Positions 46,801 through 47,107 of a DNA stretch of 47,107 nucleotides are shown piece by piece (positions within the stretch are counted from its first letter, which is position 1; each line of letters begins with the position of its first letter). The notes under the pieces are model-generated. The model ran no database searches. It worked only from the letters and a program-made list of their open reading frames with translations, and was not told where the DNA came from. This DNA is from a virus (Duplodnaviria; Heunggongvirae; Uroviricota; Caudoviricetes): positions 1-47,107 of the IMG/VR virus record IMGVR_UViG_3300033069_001366. One strand, 5' to 3'. The position numbers and the translations under genes are program-made.

Positions 46801-47107
46801 TCACTTACTTGTTTATAGGATTCACTATCTGACTTTGTCACCTCAGAATAAGGTAATATTTTACTATTTACTATAGGTTGGTCAGTATTATATTTTATAA
46901 AAGTAACTGATTTAGAAGGGATTATATCTATAATTTCATCATAATAATAGTTTAAAGTATCAATCATCTGCTTCAAATAAGAAGCCTTAAAGTTCATTAA
47001 ACCATCTTTCTTATTATTTACAAATTGAGAACCATCTCTTTCTGAGATAGCACCTGTTGATTTTAATGCTCTGTTTATCTCATAAAAGCTTGAAAAATTA
47101 ATACCAA
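40866..47107 (-). CDS. Giant virion/ejected-type protein, at least 2079 aa, 5'-truncated by the window
   Basis: Frame stays open from ATG 46997 to the window edge (GINFSSFYEINRALKSTGAISERDGSQFVNNKKDGL-MNFK). PEEVSH..E zincin-like motif (46536-46550), long helical body, hydrophobic C-terminal segments. Confidence 0.75.
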   Translation of the reverse strand, partial: GINFSSFYEINRALKSTGAISERDGSQFVNNKKDGLMNFKASYLKQMIDTLNYYYDEIIDIIPSKSVTFIKYNTDQPIVNSKILPYSEVTKSDSESYKQVSDTEIDISEMSKLLNDFSFTDEEMDIIFQKPSVSPATYSILETFFKNISPEAKIQFDNNMSENGIAYITDMLIKLKEGKKLQAMPEEVSHFFFELLDEDSPLKEAVLKRIVDYPIYSVVFQKYKDVYPSTEQIKREAVAQLIGEYIFAIANNDYSRIELLTKAKKGDSLIQRVIQWVKNLIKRLQGIDDASIDEIYQSFAKSILEGETKLLNLRQAVDGSLKNNVFFSKERNMDILESTRRIKEALMKSRSTEKANKLKDVIIKFNKNLNNYLKELVGEDKLRALKEYENKETGETGYQKLTSIFDQIRAISRRLEDFSPEKSNRSPELIQAEAKNLAESVSSFLFALVELSDFADSIYEVVQQSGKTDFDSIEEISAYRDLNNALSGIINRDLLQFLNDILESDPMNENLLVVTTITTTVNKLNSLETILIGKLTSKLTNVINDMHSVQNAVVSKHYAEALAHTFIKYNKDPDSELIKAAFTKFTEDLIGVKEKGVYVKKPMSKADALDLLKERLKELKVNKATYDKVVVKDFFKKFDLFFVERQKVYNYITGKDDIDAVSGFTYLFQAAHKNYNTTLAQVAAHIYKRRTLAETTAAAKMLNVRYELDKVLSELKKYNIDNYKAGESITMIDYVYDKADGKEKDGFKRAIVTLQKPYLNQIYIDKAKLSEKLQEAQLKYNDDKSDENYKALKELKKEFRVLMKKYFNGLYDSRFEAFENKWEKNEEFQKIKTEYDNFSIEIHRFTRSNQSLSSEDSDALSKILLERKKLVDDNPILREYFEERNTYFEIDLDKSMRLVNTAGVRFKNQVVNTIENFINSSQTEKTISELEKYINVELNSNFKLVAIYKDITNAEARLTEKYDIDEDEDYREDIIDFIMRRWDSRNIIEVGNEKFKEALKKIGDEMDALKSKVGLTKVDELRTELYKELYKIKWSKTNQDGELNIHEFINKDDLFDRIELVEESIAILSKVKSQKGRPNIIGGSSDFAEYEKTCEAVVNKVKSHLDKNIGYSQADLEIIADQTYIIKEMYWNLNEIGAFLPEYKQIMDKIISVSEMKTDIGTNEYIDFLDSISEKLEQFYNSDSKGLTKELKQTLGAFLYGKNSKGDVYGKGFISAVASRNLSLVDAISNGFYADENGKLNFDSSSLDLVDFMQNENIFPDDKASQDLKSMFSLFYHYKKYDINEENLFVKGFKVDTVDGPDFIKASALRMSRKAITNSKIPTDPKYRQLIPNKKYRQYKVKDEYLNKQVNYKTEDDMTKWTMSNREDDFLPLSKEQLIAKGSTDFKYVNEEYYKLRNSQDPKDKLLMDYLNKSVKFYLQEQESKPDRIKTFLNLPVTHLDSYQKLMQTPSQVKLKADQLLDIFRKNKEADEEIADELDNKYDVDEYTQRKIQNLDPVIKLGMSRKTNVDKVNRDVMHALSMYIYNSSDFDARQDLEPFVKSLRDVMKSYQVGVNKKHQMTDLVDKLYKQMILEESPDNITNHQFFKRAVNFVTKMTALKLMIDPIGGAINYIQANVNNIIESFSRAHLGKTNYLNGWLKADKLIIELADDLTKTSNFNYLTLLSYYYDFVHGEFVEGIAGRTSPKAIISNFSRIAISFRTTGEVQAQSAMALGIMDRIKVKNQIDGKMYPLYDIYKKEGDTLVLKDGFYEEQIVRYIDENGKQQERIEKWYPYEINANGKQIIEEFYDNDNKRTQLVVQRNGSAFNGIKAKIHNINYELHGNYAKISQTEASRYAVGKLAENMKRWFVSYFTRRMGRESYDVVLEEMTQGYYTTLAKSAGIFFMELNSQRSLKEAMKGVAVYATASDLQKRNMLRGAIDIGFAFMFLFLIEFGLGYDDPDRNKKLKDNSWLKNIMILIMLRSYAEHTAFIPLPVAGLGLTELTRNVLDPLALPKNTVLGGIGFGILGLATIGYYLGLPINEKTIFYQKNMGSYWFGTDEDKINSKAVNYLLKSLGYTGSMADPAYYIRNFESLQARLK

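Noticed and set aside
1-47107. Alternative genetic code (TAG or TGA reassignment), as seen in some crAss-like phages
   Set aside because: Long conserved genes read through intact in code 11. TAG ends polB (1859-1861) and TGA ends several genes at sensible positions.
1-47107. CRISPR array, tRNA, rRNA, DGR or integrase
   Set aside because: No repeat-spacer array, cloverleaf, reverse transcriptase or recombinase motif was recognised by eye. A tRNAscan run would be needed to exclude tRNAs fully.

Overview
AT-rich segment of a large lytic dsDNA phage, most likely Crassvirales-related and infecting a Bacteroidota host (TTTG-N20-TAnnTTTG promoter, A-rich SD-less starts, crAss-like gene order). The + strand arm (1-28659) carries replication, repair and nucleotide genes: PolB, intein-containing DnaB-like helicase, SF2 helicase, Sak4-like ATPase, putative SSB, Toprim primase, an AEP-like protein, UDG, rIIA/rIIB, ATP-dependent ligase, a WGR-helical-catalytic PARP, Gp88-like protein, PD-(D/E)XK nuclease, dNMP kinase, class II RNR, MazG-like protein, RecA and dUTPase. 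The - strand arm (28682-47107) carries lysis genes, two glycosyltransferases, three tail-fibre-like proteins and a >2000-aa virion protein cut by the window edge. The arms meet at a terminator hairpin near 28660. Mobile elements: two related group I introns (polB and ung), one intein, free-standing GIY-YIG and HNH genes, and a probable thyX::HNH deletion scar. The best candidates for new biology are the WGR-ligase plus PARP module and the tail-coupled glycosyltransferase pair. All functional calls come from motif recognition by eye; no searches were run.
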